The notes under the pieces are model-generated. The model was not told the origin of the DNA and ran no database searches. It worked only from the letters and a program-made list of their open reading frames with translations. From NCBI RefSeq assembly GCF_006345805.1, contig NW_021831683.1:1-34839 (forward strand): a stretch of DNA of 34,839 nt. Direction: 5' to 3'. Position numbers and translations under genes: made by a program. The stretch comes from Octopus sinensis (taxonomy: Eukaryota). Each line of letters begins with the position of its first letter. The first letter of the stretch is position 1. This document shows, one piece after another, positions 12,830 to 24,734 of the stretch.

Positions 12830-15260
12830 GCTCGTTCACTAGGATCAACCTTACCCCATTCACCTACCATTCAACAAATTTGCTGAAAGGCTGCACTACT
12901 CTCTCTGCCGCCACTTTTCATTTTAGGTGAAACTCGAAAAGTTGATGACAATTTGGCCAAAAGGGAAGGTGTCTGTCTGCAGCATTTTCAATCTGATCCA
13001 ATACACAATCTCTTTCTCAAAGACCACCAGATGGATAAATGTTGTCTGCCCTTCCTGGCCAAAGGAAGCCGGTGCAATGGTCTTAACAATGGACTTAGCT
13101 GATAGCCGGATTCGTCCAACACGCGACAGCAGATGTTCGACATACCTCCATAAGTCAGCAATATTCGGGCACTTGATGAGTGTTTGAAGAACGAGTTCGA
13201 TACTCTTTGCGCATCTCGGGCAATTCCAGCTAACAGCACTTCCATGACTGCCGAGTTTATCTCGAACCGGAAACGCCTCTCTGTAGCACTGCCAGTCCAA
13301 GACTTTCTGGAAATTATCCATGGATTCTAGCCCGAGGATCTTATGAAACAGACCAGCCAAATCATTCTCGTCGATGCCCAGAATCGATTTTGCATTACCT
13401 AACAAGTTGTGTACTGTAGTCGCCTGACGACACTCGGTGCCAGGCACCTTGCCTCAGTCTACTCTTTTATCAATAATACAACTGTCAAAGAGATGAACTA
13501 TGTAGAAGCAAATACTGTATCTATATACGACCTAGATGACCCGATGCAGTTTTTCTATGTTTACACTGGCACATTCGGAAAACCTAGTCGGTAACTGTCA
13601 TACAGTTGTAAATGTTTTAGCAGGTTCGCGAGGCTTTTTCAACACTTCTCCTATCAGTTAGCCCCACCTAATTCAAATGTGAATCCAAAATGGCATTCCA
13701 GCCACCCACTAACACTAAAGTGTGGGATGTTCCATAGAAAACATCGAATCGCCGGAAGATAACTGCCCATCCCGTCCCTGTCTGGTCGTAGGCAGCTACT
13801 GGTTTGAAGGCACCCTATTCTCTGATGTTCATTTCCAGGACCACCAATTTACATTTTGGGCCCATGAAGATAGTCCATATTGTGATGTCAAGACCTTTCC
13901 GTAACAACACAGTAACTTCACCTGCCAATCCTAGTCGACTGGGTGATTTATACGCACCTCTTATCCACCGAAAATGAACTAAACGCTCTTAGCTTGAAAT
14001 TCTGGTCTCATTGATAGCCGCCACATCTATATCTACTGACCCCAAGCTGTTGAACAGGTGGCTCTGCTTCCATGGCCATCCCACGCCACGTCATCTATAC
14101 TACCTATACTTAAGTAACACTATGTTAAAAGGAAGGAGGGAGGAGAGAAAGTCCCACTTGCCTTATTCCTGTGGGGGGTCAGGTATCCTAACCTTTCGGC
14201 TGGTTGAGGGTGTTTCCATCAGCAGTTCTCCATACAGTCTTTTGTTTATATTTCCACTAAAGGCTCCTACTCCTTTAGGGTATTCATTTTTTAAGGTGGT
14301 GAATGTGAGTTGTGATATTTGAATGATATTTATTTGAGCTAGAAAGTTAATGTATTCTAGCACAATACAGTTATGGCTCATTATTCTTGTATACTGCTGT
14401 ATGTGATCCATTAGTTTTTTTTCTGCTTGATTATGGCTATGTAGCTAATGATATCTTCTTCTTTTCTTGCTGGGATTTGTTCGTACTGTTTTATGAGCAT
14501 TAGGTTGTACCTGCAATGTTAGTGTCTATAATGGTGGCGGTTGTGCTGATAGAAGTTTTAATATTTGTGCATATGGTGTTGGAGGTGGTGTTAGTGTCTC
14601 CTTTCTCAAAACCATTTCCTCTATTATTCCTATTTTCAAATTTGGTGGTGTTTTTTCGTATGCGCGCTTTGTTTCTTTTCCTTTTGTTTTCATTTGTAAT
14701 TTTTTTCCATTTGGCCTCCTCATGCCTGTGTGGTATGAGTCGCGGAGGGGGCATGTCATGAATTGCAGCCTTTTTCTGCTGTTGCTGTGTCTACGAAGTT
14801 GTGGTCTTTGATAGCTTTGTACTTTTTATTTCTTTTGTTACTAGTGCTTCCACAGTTTATGTTGTTCTTGCAGCTGCTGTGGTAGGAGCTGTTGTTAGTC
14901 TTGTAGCTGTTGCTGCAATCTCTTTTACTGCGGTTGCATATTGCTGTTGGAGTTGATGTAGCTGTTTTTGCTATTATTGTTTGAGTTAATGTTGTGTTGG
15001 CAGTAGTGGAAGCCATGTTTCAGTTTTCAGTCTCTGCTGCTGCTGCTGCTGGGGGAAGTAATCATTTAGGCGATTAGTGTTGCCACAATTGTAGCACCCA
15101 GGCTTTCTACCAACACTCCTGCTAGCAGCTGCTGCCTTTCTGAGATTTCAGTTTGATCGGGAACTTTTTCCAGTGTCTTAGGTTTTACCTGAGCGAGAAT
15201 ATCCAACATTGTCCCATTCCAATTGTCTTTTCGAATATATTTGCCTTTTATCAAGAAAGG
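12830..15260 (-). mobile_element. Tx1/L1-clade LINE remnant: ORF1 with zinc knuckle, APE, then C-terminal zf-RVT-like region; RT absent
   Basis: ORF1: LDILAQVKPKTLEKVPD...VGRKPGCYNCGNTNRL (decayed CCHC, about 15061-15110). APE: VDIDVAAINETR, LVLVGGWNAILD, SSRSYIDTVF (about 14130-13510). C-terminus: DWQCYREAFPVRDKL...CPRCAKSIE...LIKCPNIADLW (12923-13447). Confidence 0.85.
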
Positions 15261-16226
15261 AAAGAGAAAAGCTTATAGGTAATTATTAGCAACTTTCGAA
15301 ACAAAGAGGAGATAATTTCATACAATTACGAGTTAATATCACAAAAGTTGTAGTTTATGAATATCTATCTCTTCCAGTGATAGTTGTCTTGTTTAGTTCT
15401 TGCTTTTTTTTTCGCGGTGGATGGCGGTCTGTTCATCTCTCCTTATACAAGTCTTTCACTGATACCATCACTTATATCCAGCATATTCAACTATTGTATC
15501 TAAGCAACGAGAGCACCTCCATATCGCTGTTCGACCTATGAGAAGCAGTAGCTAAATGTCTTCTCCAGATATCGACCTACCGTCTTGAAAAATTGGAAAT
15601 GCTCCCCGAATAAAGTTGATTTAAACACATTGAGTCGAAAAGTAACAATTAAAATTGGAAGAACTCATCTTGAGCACCTTTGGTCATTGATCTACACAAC
15701 TAAGATATAAAAAAAAGCAATAATAATTTTCGTGGCGTCATTCTTTTACAACGTTTGCTTTTTGGTTTAATACATTAATCGTTTGAGCATCAAACTTGTT
15801 TTAGAAATTACTGAATGTAAGGTTTTGAAATTATTTTTTTATTAATTATTATACTGAGGAAAATAACAAAAATTGCTTTCATATTTTCCTTTAATTTTTT
15901 TCTCTAATTTCTGCCTTTTATTGCGCGTTATTTAGATATTAGATAAAGCAGTCTATCTATTCATGTCATATATTACATGAGATACAGATTATATAAAATA
16001 GGAAATTACATTAACGGAAAACAACATTCATAAAAAAAAAAGTACGTCCACACGAATACTGACACATCAAAAAGCAATTTACTTCAGATATTCATGGATA
16101 TAACTAGTAGAGCAAAAACACATTTTAATGTCATTCACATTTACATATTTAAAAAGAAATATGGGGCGGCGTGGGGAAGGGTTCACACGTTTAAATACTG
16201 ATTTAATATTGGGTCAATTATTTCAC

Positions 16227-16360
16227 CTGCGAAATTATCACGCTGTTGGAACTGCCACTTGTTGACCATTTGCATGTCGGATGTATGTGATTCGAGGGTA
16301 GTCGACTTCAGTTCCTGTAACTGTGGACTCAATACCTGGAACCGGCTCAACTCCTTCAGG
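16227..16360 (-). CDS. Candidate 134-nt exon (LKELSRFQVLSPQLQELKSTTLESHTSDMQMVNKWQFQQRDNFA), product unknown
   Basis: Acceptor cggttttttag, donor CAG|gtgaaa, one frame open end to end (phase 2 to 1), unique sequence. Confidence 0.35.
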
Positions 16361-16524
16361 CTAAAAAAACCGATTCACATATACTTTTCTCTTATTACGT
16401 AACAGAATGGAAGTGGACGCACATTAAAGATAAGCCTATGAGCCTACTTCTTTCTACCATATTTTAATTACGTATATGAGTGATTTCTTTACATATCCCA
16501 CATTGAAGAGAGTTATCCAACATA

Positions 16525-17060
16525 TGACGTTACTTCTTCAAGTCTTTAAAGACCAGATTAATAGCTTTACTCATTGTGAGCCCAGAGGTGGCATATTAGG
16601 CCAATATTGTCACAAAATCCATGGGCATAGTGGGATCATGTAATAGCAACGTAGTCAGGGCTCAGTAGAGCTCTTGCTTTTCGTAAAGCCCTCCTCTCTT
16701 TAGTTTCACTGATCATTTCTGACTTTGAATGCTGTACTCCAGAATGCAGAACACTAGGCCATACTGAGAGATCTTGAGCAAGATGTTCCCAAGTACGCTT
16801 TTTCAAAGTTGTCTTGAGAGTGTTTTTGTATCTCCTATTTAGTCCATCATATTACCGAAAGCCCACTGCTAGTTCACCAAAGAAAATTTGTGTTGGGTGT
16901 CTGGGGTTGGGAATGCGCGCTATATGTCCAGTTCACCACTGCCAGGACTTACTTAAGAAAGCATACATGCTTAACATTAGCTCTCTCGGGAGTAGTTGTT
17001 TAAGAATTTTATCTTGCTGCTGATGTTGAGAATTTGCCGCCGGTCTGTCTTCCAACATAT
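16525..17060 (-). mobile_element. RTE-clade LINE 3' end, degenerate
   Basis: Translates to KILNI...QDKI...W.GHIARIP..RHP.QIFFGELA...RRYKNTLK...TWEHLAQD.SVW, ending in an IGL..HL..H-type terminal motif. Confidence 0.75.
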
Positions 17061-17359
17061 AGTTATAGGCCTATATGCATGTAACCAGTATAAGAACTAA
17101 TGAAATGTAGCCGATAGTTCCCTCAGATTTACCACACATACGCAGCACACATTTAATGTATGTTCTTTTTGTTATAGTACCTCGGCAATACTTTGTATAT
17201 TTAGCATTTTATTCTCTGTTGCAGGCCTATAAGTTTCTTCATCAATATAATTTTCCATAAAGGATCTCAAGTTTTATTTGCTCTCTCATTTAGCTTCTAT
17301 TACTGTTTCATTCATTTCCATTTATATTCGATCACTTGAGTAATACAAAATATATGTTT

Positions 17360-17745
17360 TTGATTGAGGCACAAGGCCAGATTCTTCAAGAAGAGGAGGA
17401 GATTAGTCAATTATATCAATCCGATGATTGACTACTACTGCATTTTATCATCCCGGAGGGATGTAAGGTAAATTTGATCTTGGTGGGATTTGAATTCAGG
17501 GCGTAATCAGTTGGAAGAAATATTGTTTTCTTATTTTGGTTCAAGACTAGCAATTTTGAGGAGTGGGAAAGTCGATTACATCCACCCCAGTACACAGCTG
17601 GTAGGTACTTATTTTATCGACCCCGAAAGGATGAGAGGCAAGGTCGACCGCAGTGCAATTCGAACACAGAACGTGAAGACTGGCGAAATGCCGCTAAGCA
17701 TTTTGCCCGGCATGTTAACGGTTCTGCCAGCTCGCCACCTTAGTC
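17360..17745 (-). mobile_element. Two type E SINE copies (degenerate 17360-17510; near full 17520-17745)
   Basis: gtcgattacatccaccccagtacacagctggtaggtacttattttatcgaccccgaaaggatg...ctgccagctcgccacctt. Confidence 0.8.
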
Positions 17746-17759
17746 AGAAGTAATTTGTT

Positions 17760-18362
17760 TTCAACTTTTGGCACAATGCCAGCAATATCGAGGAGGGAGT
17801 AAGTCGATTACATCAAACCCCAGTGTTCCACTGGTACTTATTTTATCAACCTCGGCGAAATTTGAACTCAGAACGTAAAGACAGACGAAATGTCGCTAAG
17901 CATTTCTTATCTGTTTATTGCCCACAAGAGGCCGAACATAGAAGGGACAAACAAGGACAGATAAAGGGATTAAGTCGATTACATCGACCCCAGTACGTAA
18001 CTGATACTTAAGTTATCGACACCGAAAAGATGAAAGGCAAAGTCGACCTCGGCGGAATTAGAACTCAGAACGTAACGGCAGACGAAATACCTATTTCTTT
18101 ACTACCCACAAGGGGATAAACACAGAGGAGACAAACAAGGACAGACAGGCGGATTAAGTCGATTATATCGACCCCAGTGCGTAACTGGTACTTATTTAAT
18201 CGACCCCGAAAGGATGAAAGGCAAAGTCGATCTCGGCGGAATTTGAACTCAGAACGTAACGGCAGATGATATACCGCTAAGCATTTCGCCCGGCGTGCTA
18301 GCGTTTCTGCCAGCTCGCCGCCTTAAATGTCGCTAAGCATTTCTGCTAGCTCGCTGCCTTAG
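17760..18362 (-). mobile_element. Older type E SINE (17760-17907 plus 18345-18362) interrupted by a dimeric type E SINE (17908-18324) with a 20-bp TSD
   Basis: aaatgtcgctaagcatttct occurs at 17888-17907 and 18325-18344. The insert is one full monomer (18091-18324) plus one headless monomer (17908-18090). Confidence 0.85.
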
Positions 18363-18483
18363 TCGGAAGAAATATTGCAACACATTCTTCCAACGCTCTA
18401 ACCAATTCAGCCAATCCACCGTGCTACCTTATGCTTACGCTATAATAATTGAAACTCTTACTAACCATACATATTACTTACAA

Positions 18484-18822
18484 GGCGCATGGTCAGGTAG
18501 TTGGAGCGTCGGACTCACATCCATGAGGTAGTGAGGTCGATTTCCAGATCGGGCTGTGTGTTGTGTTCTTGAGCAAGGCACTTTATTTCACATTGCTCCA
18601 ATTCACTCAGCTGTGGAAATGAGTTGTAACGTCACTGGTGCCAAGCTGCATCTGTGTTTACCTTTCCCTTGGATAACACTGGTGATGTGGAGAGGGGAGG
18701 CTGGTATGCATTGGCGACTGTTGGTTTTCCATAAACAATCTTGCCTGGACTTGTGCCTCGGAGGGGAATTTTCCAGGTGCAATCCCATGGTCATTCATGA
18801 CCAAAGGGGATCGTCCTTGTTC
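18484..18822 (+). mobile_element. tRNA-derived SINE, type A, near full length
   Basis: ggcgcatggtcaggtagttggagc...gtgttgtgttcttgagcaaggcactttatttcacattgctcc...ccatggtcattcatgacc. Confidence 0.85.
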
Positions 18823-19374
18823 ACTACAATTTATGCGATTTTTATTGAACCTAAGACTTTCTGAACTTAGACTTGTACTAGGATATGTCTCTCAACTTAG
18901 TTATGCGTGTTCGATTCCAACGCGAAAATCACCACTTTATTTGGGGGGGGGGTCTTTATTTCCTCTGTCTTTATATACGCTCGTTCCTCTGTCTTTATAT
19001 ACACCAAATACTGTGGCGGATGCTGGTGTTTAAGATGAAAAGTAACTGGTGATTTGTGTTATAGATTCGGTTTCGATTCCTGGTTGCAGGCATTTCTGTG
19101 CTGGTTACTTATGTAATGCTTCTTGCAGCATGACAACACAACATGTCATTCTTTTCCCTGAGCCAATGAGAAGCCTCTCTGTAGTCACTCAAGTTGCTAG
19201 ACACAGTAACCAAATACTTCTCAAATTGCATCCTACTATCTTAGACAACGAAGTAACATGTTGGATAAAGGGACGTGATGGTCATATCTTGGGTGATTTT
19301 CATTATAGATCTGCTTAATCGAAACTGGCATTGGAGGTGGGGGTTAATAATCCTGTTTATCATAAATGTCAACA

Positions 19375-19682
19375 ACTTTATCATCATCATCTTCATCATC
19401 ATCATAAATATCATCATCATCACCATAATCATCAACATAGCATCATCGTCGTCGTCGTGATTATCGACACCATCACCATCATTGTCATCAACCTCACCAT
19501 CACCATTATCATCAACAGCATTATAATCATCATCATCATCACTATCATCAACACCTCTACCATCACTATTGTCATTATCATGACATCATCGTCGTCGTCG
19601 TCATCATCGTCATCATCAACACCACCAGAACCACCCTCATCATCATCATCGCCATCATCATCGCCATCATCATCATCATCAT
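19375..19682. repeat. Degenerate (CAT)n trinucleotide tract
   Basis: Direct reading. Confidence 0.9.
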
Positions 19683-20039
19683 TTCACCTAAAATTCATAT
19701 AAATAAAATTAAGAACATTTGTCTAATGTTCTGTTGTATGACTCCCAGCAGATATGACCCCTTGCTTCACTTCTTCCTTTTATGACATTTAAACATGTCT
19801 GTTGTGGTACACCGTATTACGAATATTATTGCAGTTGTTTTCGTTTTTCGTTTTTTGCGTTTTGGTTTTTTTAAGTTTCCTTTCCTTTTGATTAGGTCGT
19901 TTGCTTTATGGGCATTGACGGTTAGTTTTGGTTGTAGTTGTTTTATTTTGTTTTATTATGTTTTGTTTTGTTTAGTTTTGTTTTTTGACTTGTTTTTAGT
20001 TTTATATTGTTTTTTTTTTTGTTTTCGGTTTTTGTTTCT

Positions 20040-20540
20040 GTTTTTAGATGTTTCTTCAAAATTCTAGTATTTCGTCTTTTGTTAGAGAAGAATTCTTCCT
20101 ACTTTTAATAGTTTTATTATATAGACATTCTTTATCTTCTCGGAACATTTTATTTTGCTTGGATTGCTTTATTCTCTTGGCAAATCTCTTTATTCTCCAT
20201 TTTTTTACTTGTATGTGCGTGTTTGTTGGGGGGGGGAGAGCTCGTGGAGGAGAAAGGAAAGAACGTCTTGTTCGTTTTGAATTGGAAGTATTTTTTTCTT
20301 TTCCTTCTCTCTCTTTCTCTTTCTTTCTTTCTTTCTTCTGTTTCTAGTCTGGTTGAATTGTTTGTTTTCTCGTGTTTTCATTCATTGATTTCAATGCTGG
20401 CTTCTTCCATTATTACACGGGCTGTTGCATAAATTAGTTGATTTATATCAGTTGCATTTGACATTTTTATCTCTTTGCTATCTTTTTTTACTTTCATTTC
20501 TTTATTTTTTTCTGTGTTGATGCTATTTCTAGAATATCAT
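20040..20540 (-). mobile_element. Highly decayed R4/Dong-clade ORF, pre-RT N-terminal region
   Basis: TDINQLIYATARVIMEE and RIKQSKQNKMFREDKECLY...DEILEF(W)RNI resemble the R4-clade pre-RT motifs (TNxLIYAxA; QNxxF...FWxxIW). Confidence 0.5.
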
Positions 20541-21297
20541 AAACTTGTTTCTTTACTCTTCACTTTTCCTTGTTATTTGATATCCTTCATTTGATATCCT
20601 TCATTTGCGCAGACAAACTCGAACTAGGTGGACAAAAAAAATAGTCATTTCTTTTCTTTTTCTTTACCTGATATCTTTGTTGGATTTTTGTCCTGTCTTA
20701 AATTTTTAGGTGGCAAAGTATTTCTTTGAAATGGAAATCTGGAAAGTTTCTGTTTTTTTTATTGGTTGGTAGAGTGGACAGAAACGATAGCATTCTAAAC
20801 CAAATAATATAGAGACGTATTCAATTATATCTCTACATGATCCGAGTTCAAATCCGATGTCAGAAACGTAATTGGAACCAATTTATTTCAGTGTGTTCTC
20901 CTCCAGCATTTGTCTAATGTGAGAAATCATTACAATTTGAGTCGGCATGTAGTTATATTCTTTTACCTTGCAGAGGTCAACTTTGCCTTTCAATTTTCCA
21001 AAGCTTATGAAATAAATAGTAGTAATATCGGTCTTGTTATCAGAGAGTTTGACCAGCTTCCAGGATTTGCTTGTCATGCATATTGATGAGAGCGAGATTG
21101 TGCTTCATTTGACGCATCACTCCATCTGACATTGAAGGCATATCATCCTCGACCGTGACCCGAAATACTCGCCTTGTTTTGTGTACGTGTGTCTGTATGC
21201 GTTCGAGTGTGTGTATGGGGAGAGTGCATATGTATGTATACGTATATATGTATGTATGTGTGTATTATGTGAGTGTGCATGTATGTATGTAAGTATG

Positions 21298-21685
21298 GAG
21301 GCGCAATGGCCCAGTGGTTAGGGCAGCGGACTCGCGGTCGTAGGATCGCGGTTTCGATTCCCAGACCGGGCGTTGTGAGTGTTTATTGAGCGAAAACACC
21401 TAAAGCTCCACGCGGCTCCGGCAGGGGATGGTGGTGATCCCTGCTGTACTCTTTCACCACAACTTTCTCTCACTCTTACTTCCTGTTTCTGTTGTACCTG
21501 TATTTCAAAGGGCCGGCCTTGTCACTCTCTGTGTCACGTTGAATATCCCCGAGAACTACGTTAAGGGTACGCGTGTCTGTGGAGTGCTCAGCCACTTACA
21601 CGTTAATTTCACGAGCAGGCTGTTCCGTTGATTCGGATCAACCGGTACCCTCGTCGTCGTAACCGACGGAGTGCTTTAAGAAGAA
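21298..21685 (+). mobile_element. tRNA-derived SINE, type B, intact, with (AAG)n tail and 13-bp TSD
   Basis: A-box tggcccagtggttagg, B-box ggtttcgattccc. gtatgtaagtatg occurs at 21285-21297 and 21686-21698. Confidence 0.92.
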
Positions 21686-21880
21686 GTATGTAAGTATGTG
21701 TGTGTTTGTGTTTATTCGGGACGCGGCGACAAGAACAGTTACTACAAGCATTTCGTCTGACACACAAGCATTTTCCTCGATCTGCAAAGTCCTCGTTGTT
21801 TTCGTTTGTTATATTTTATCGTTGTTCGCGTTGCTTTCGTAATCAGCATAATTGGCAGTTCGATTTTATTTTTAATTCAG

Positions 21881-21954
21881 GAAAAACCGAAATAGCTACC
21901 ACAAGACATTTCGTCAAACGTTTTAACAATTCAATCAACCCACTCTCTGAACAG
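21881..21954 (+). CDS. Candidate 74-nt exon ((G)KTEIATTRHFVKRFNNSINPLSEQ), product unknown
   Basis: Strong acceptor attttatttttaattcag, donor CAG|gtagct; only one of three frames is open (phase 1 to 0). Confidence 0.35.
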
Positions 21955-22227
21955 GTAGCTAATTTATTAAAATCGACAGGAAAAACGGTGAAGTTGTTCC
22001 TGACCAGTTTTGAACTCAACGTGCAGAGAATCGGAATAAATACTGCAAGATATTCTAGTCAACGACGCCGCTGATTCGCCACATTATATAAATCAATGTA
22101 ATATACAGAAGTTATTTTGATTGTATTAACCCCAACGTATATAACTTTTAGTCTTATGTTAAAAACCCATATTATACAGGGTATCCAGGCTAAATTTGAC
22201 AATTTAGAGAAAAGGAAACGAAAACAA

Positions 22228-22356
22228 CCAACCACATGGTTCCGGGTTCAGTCCCACTGCGTGGCATCTTGGGCAAGTGTCTTCTGCTATAGCCCCGGAC
22301 CGACCAATGCCTTGTGAGTGGATTTGGTAGACGGAAACTGAAAGAAGCCTGTCGTA

Positions 22357-22413
<57 letters not shown>

Positions 22414-22625
22414 ATGTGTGTGTGTTTGTCCCCCTAGCATTGCTTGACAACCGATGCTGGTGTGTTTACGTCTCCGTTACTTAGCGGTTCGGCAAAAGAG
22501 ACTGATAGAATAAGTACTGGGCTTACAAAGAATAAGTCCCGGGGTCGATTTGCTCGACTAAAGGCGGTGCTCCAGCATGGCCGCAGTCAAATGACTGGAA
22601 CAAGTAAAAGAGTAAAAGAGTAAAA
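22228..22625 (+). mobile_element. SINE type D, 5'-truncated, with internal (TA)n(TG)n
   Basis: High similarity to 1841-2253 from ccaaccacatgg onward; gtaaaaga tail repeats. Confidence 0.9.
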
Positions 22626-22644
22626 CAAAACTATTTCAAAAAAT

Positions 22645-23055
22645 ATCAACCCGATTATGCTTGCGATATAGCAGTTTATTCAAAGTCACTTCCCTCATCT
22701 TCCGCCACAGCCACAAGACGACTTTGGAACTTGGCGCATTATATTCCTCATTATGTCCATGGGAAGATCTTCGGACACCCCCTTAATCTCGGGTACCAGT
22801 TTGGCCAAGAAGTTACAGACAAAGCGGTCGGTGTATTTCTCAATCGTGTCTCACACATAGTAATTCATGGAATTTACAATCGTGGCAATTAGGAGGCTAG
22901 TGAATTCGTAGAAATTCTCCTAAAACCACTTCATACTCGTTCCAGGTGTATAGCAAGGAGCCGAGTCCTTCTGCCACACATATAGCCTTCCAACACAACA
23001 GCAACCCTCTCCAGACAAGGACTGACCAGCAACTTCACTAAGGCTCTAGTCAAGG
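22645..23055 (-). mobile_element. Tc1/mariner transposase C-terminal fragment, degenerate
   Basis: Translates to YMWQKDSAPCYT...W...ENF...NSMNYYV...IEK...FQSRLVAVAEDEG, a D-x-SAP / SPDxNPxDY-type catalytic tail. Confidence 0.7.
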
Positions 23056-23287
23056 ATATGGAGATTAATTCCGGGCGAAATGTTTAGCGGCACATCGTCT
23101 GTCTGCATGTTCTGTGTTCAAATCACTATCTCATGATTCAACCCGACGCTCTAACCACTGAGCCACGCGCTTTCATTTATACACACATATACATAATGAC
23201 AACCTTTTACAGTTTCTTCTAATTTATAATATTGATAAATATTCCTCTATTTCTCTAATATCAAGGTCTCATTCTTTTGTTGTTGAA

Positions 23288-23356
<69 letters not shown>

Positions 23357-23371
23357 CATCATCATCATCAT

Positions 23372-23923
23372 TGAGTGAGAGAGCAGTGCATGCCATCAAA
23401 GTAACAATGGGGTAAAATATACGAAGCCCAGTATACCCATCATGACTATCCGTCTGATAAGGTTACACCAGGCACATGCATCACAACCATATGTGCACGA
23501 CATGGCGATCTCATAACAAAATAAACAGCACATGACCTTGCAGGTGGGGCTCAGTTAGATCTGGTCGAGTAGCCCATCCCGCTCAAAAGGTCCCTGAATA
23601 AGGATTGTTTAAGGATGTTGAACGAAGCACACATGTTTCCAGAGGTGAATTATTCAAATCCCAAAGAATCCTCCTCAACACATGGCTATGATGCTCCCCT
23701 ACTACTTCTGCTCGTGATCAGAGATGCACATATCGTAAGCCACTAAGGGACATGCTCAACTGATTAAGGTCAAACAACTGACAAGCAAATCTGTGGTATT
23801 GAGCAGAATATTTGTTGTAGCCCATCTTTTATACCAAAACAAAACAATGTACATGATAACACTTGCAATCAGTTAAGCTCAGAAGCCAGGAGAGCCACTG
23901 CCTGGTACTGTATTAGGGCATTT
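23372..23923 (-). mobile_element. 552-bp non-coding interspersed element without a tRNA head, embedded in (TAA)n/(TGA)n
   Basis: Sharp boundaries against (ATT/ATC)n on both sides (23290-23371; 23924-24030). I recall it as an abundant Octopus repeat (unverified). Strand inferred from the TAA polarity shared with the R4 inserts. Confidence 0.6.
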
Positions 23924-23936
23924 ATTATTATTATTA

Positions 23937-24017
<81 letters not shown>

Positions 24018-24031
24018 CATATTATTATTAT

Positions 24032-24320
24032 CATTCAGTAGTTTTATTTTTATAGCGTGCTTTCACTTCACTACCGAGCGCAGCTCTGTGTGCCTTAGGT
24101 ATGTGCTGTGATTTGTTGTGATGCTCTGATGGTTATTGTATGGAAAGTGTTCTGCGTAGGATGTGTGCAGTGCCTAGTAGTGCAATTTTCTGTATGTTAT
24201 ATGTGTTTGTAAGTCCTGGTGTTTTTGTTATGTATTTGTCTGAATATTTTTTTATCATGCCTAATGCACCTACTATGATAGGAATTGTTTCCACATTCTG
24301 GTTACCTCTATTTCCAGGTC

Positions 24321-24323
<3 letters not shown>
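24032..24323 (-). mobile_element. R4/Dong-clade LINE 3' end (5'-truncated) in (TAA)n
   Basis: VETIPIIVGALGMIKK...IQKIALLGTAHILRRTLSIQ* followed by a 3' UTR; ATT tracts on both sides. Confidence 0.88.
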
Positions 24324-24391
<68 letters not shown>

Positions 24392-24734
24392 GATATACGT
24401 ATGTATATTTATATAATTTCAATTCTTACTTTAGTCGATTTTACCTAGGGTGGGAGTGGGGGGTCGAGCAGTTACCTATCAAAGAAGTCTTAGTTGTTAA
24501 TGTTTTTTTTACGTAATTGTTGTTATTGCTACTTCTATTGTCGTTGCTGCCGTTGTTGTTGTTGTTGCATTTGTTGCTACTGTTGTTGTTCTTATTACTA
24601 TTGATGTTGTTCTAGCTCCTGTCGAATAGAACACAAATTTGCTGTGATGAGAGGTATTCCAGCTCTAAACATCACCTCACCTTTTTCGAAATACTGTGCA
24701 TCTAGATCTACATCACTCCTTTTGTAAGAGAATA

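Noticed and set aside
15199-15254. Apparent minus-strand exon (pyrimidine tract...aag/GCAAATA...CAG/gtaaaa)
   Set aside because: The frame continues into the Tx1 ORF1 zinc-knuckle region, so it is better explained as retrotransposon ORF1.
21045-21175. Minus-strand peptide RVFRVTVEDDMPSMSDGVMRQMKHNLALINMHDKQILEAGQTL
   Set aside because: There is no pyrimidine tract at the only nearby acceptor, it is short, and no homology was recognised.
21298-21375. tRNA-like heads here and at 8453, 18484 and 34525 as genuine tRNA genes
   Set aside because: They lack a complete cloverleaf acceptor stem and continue directly into SINE bodies.
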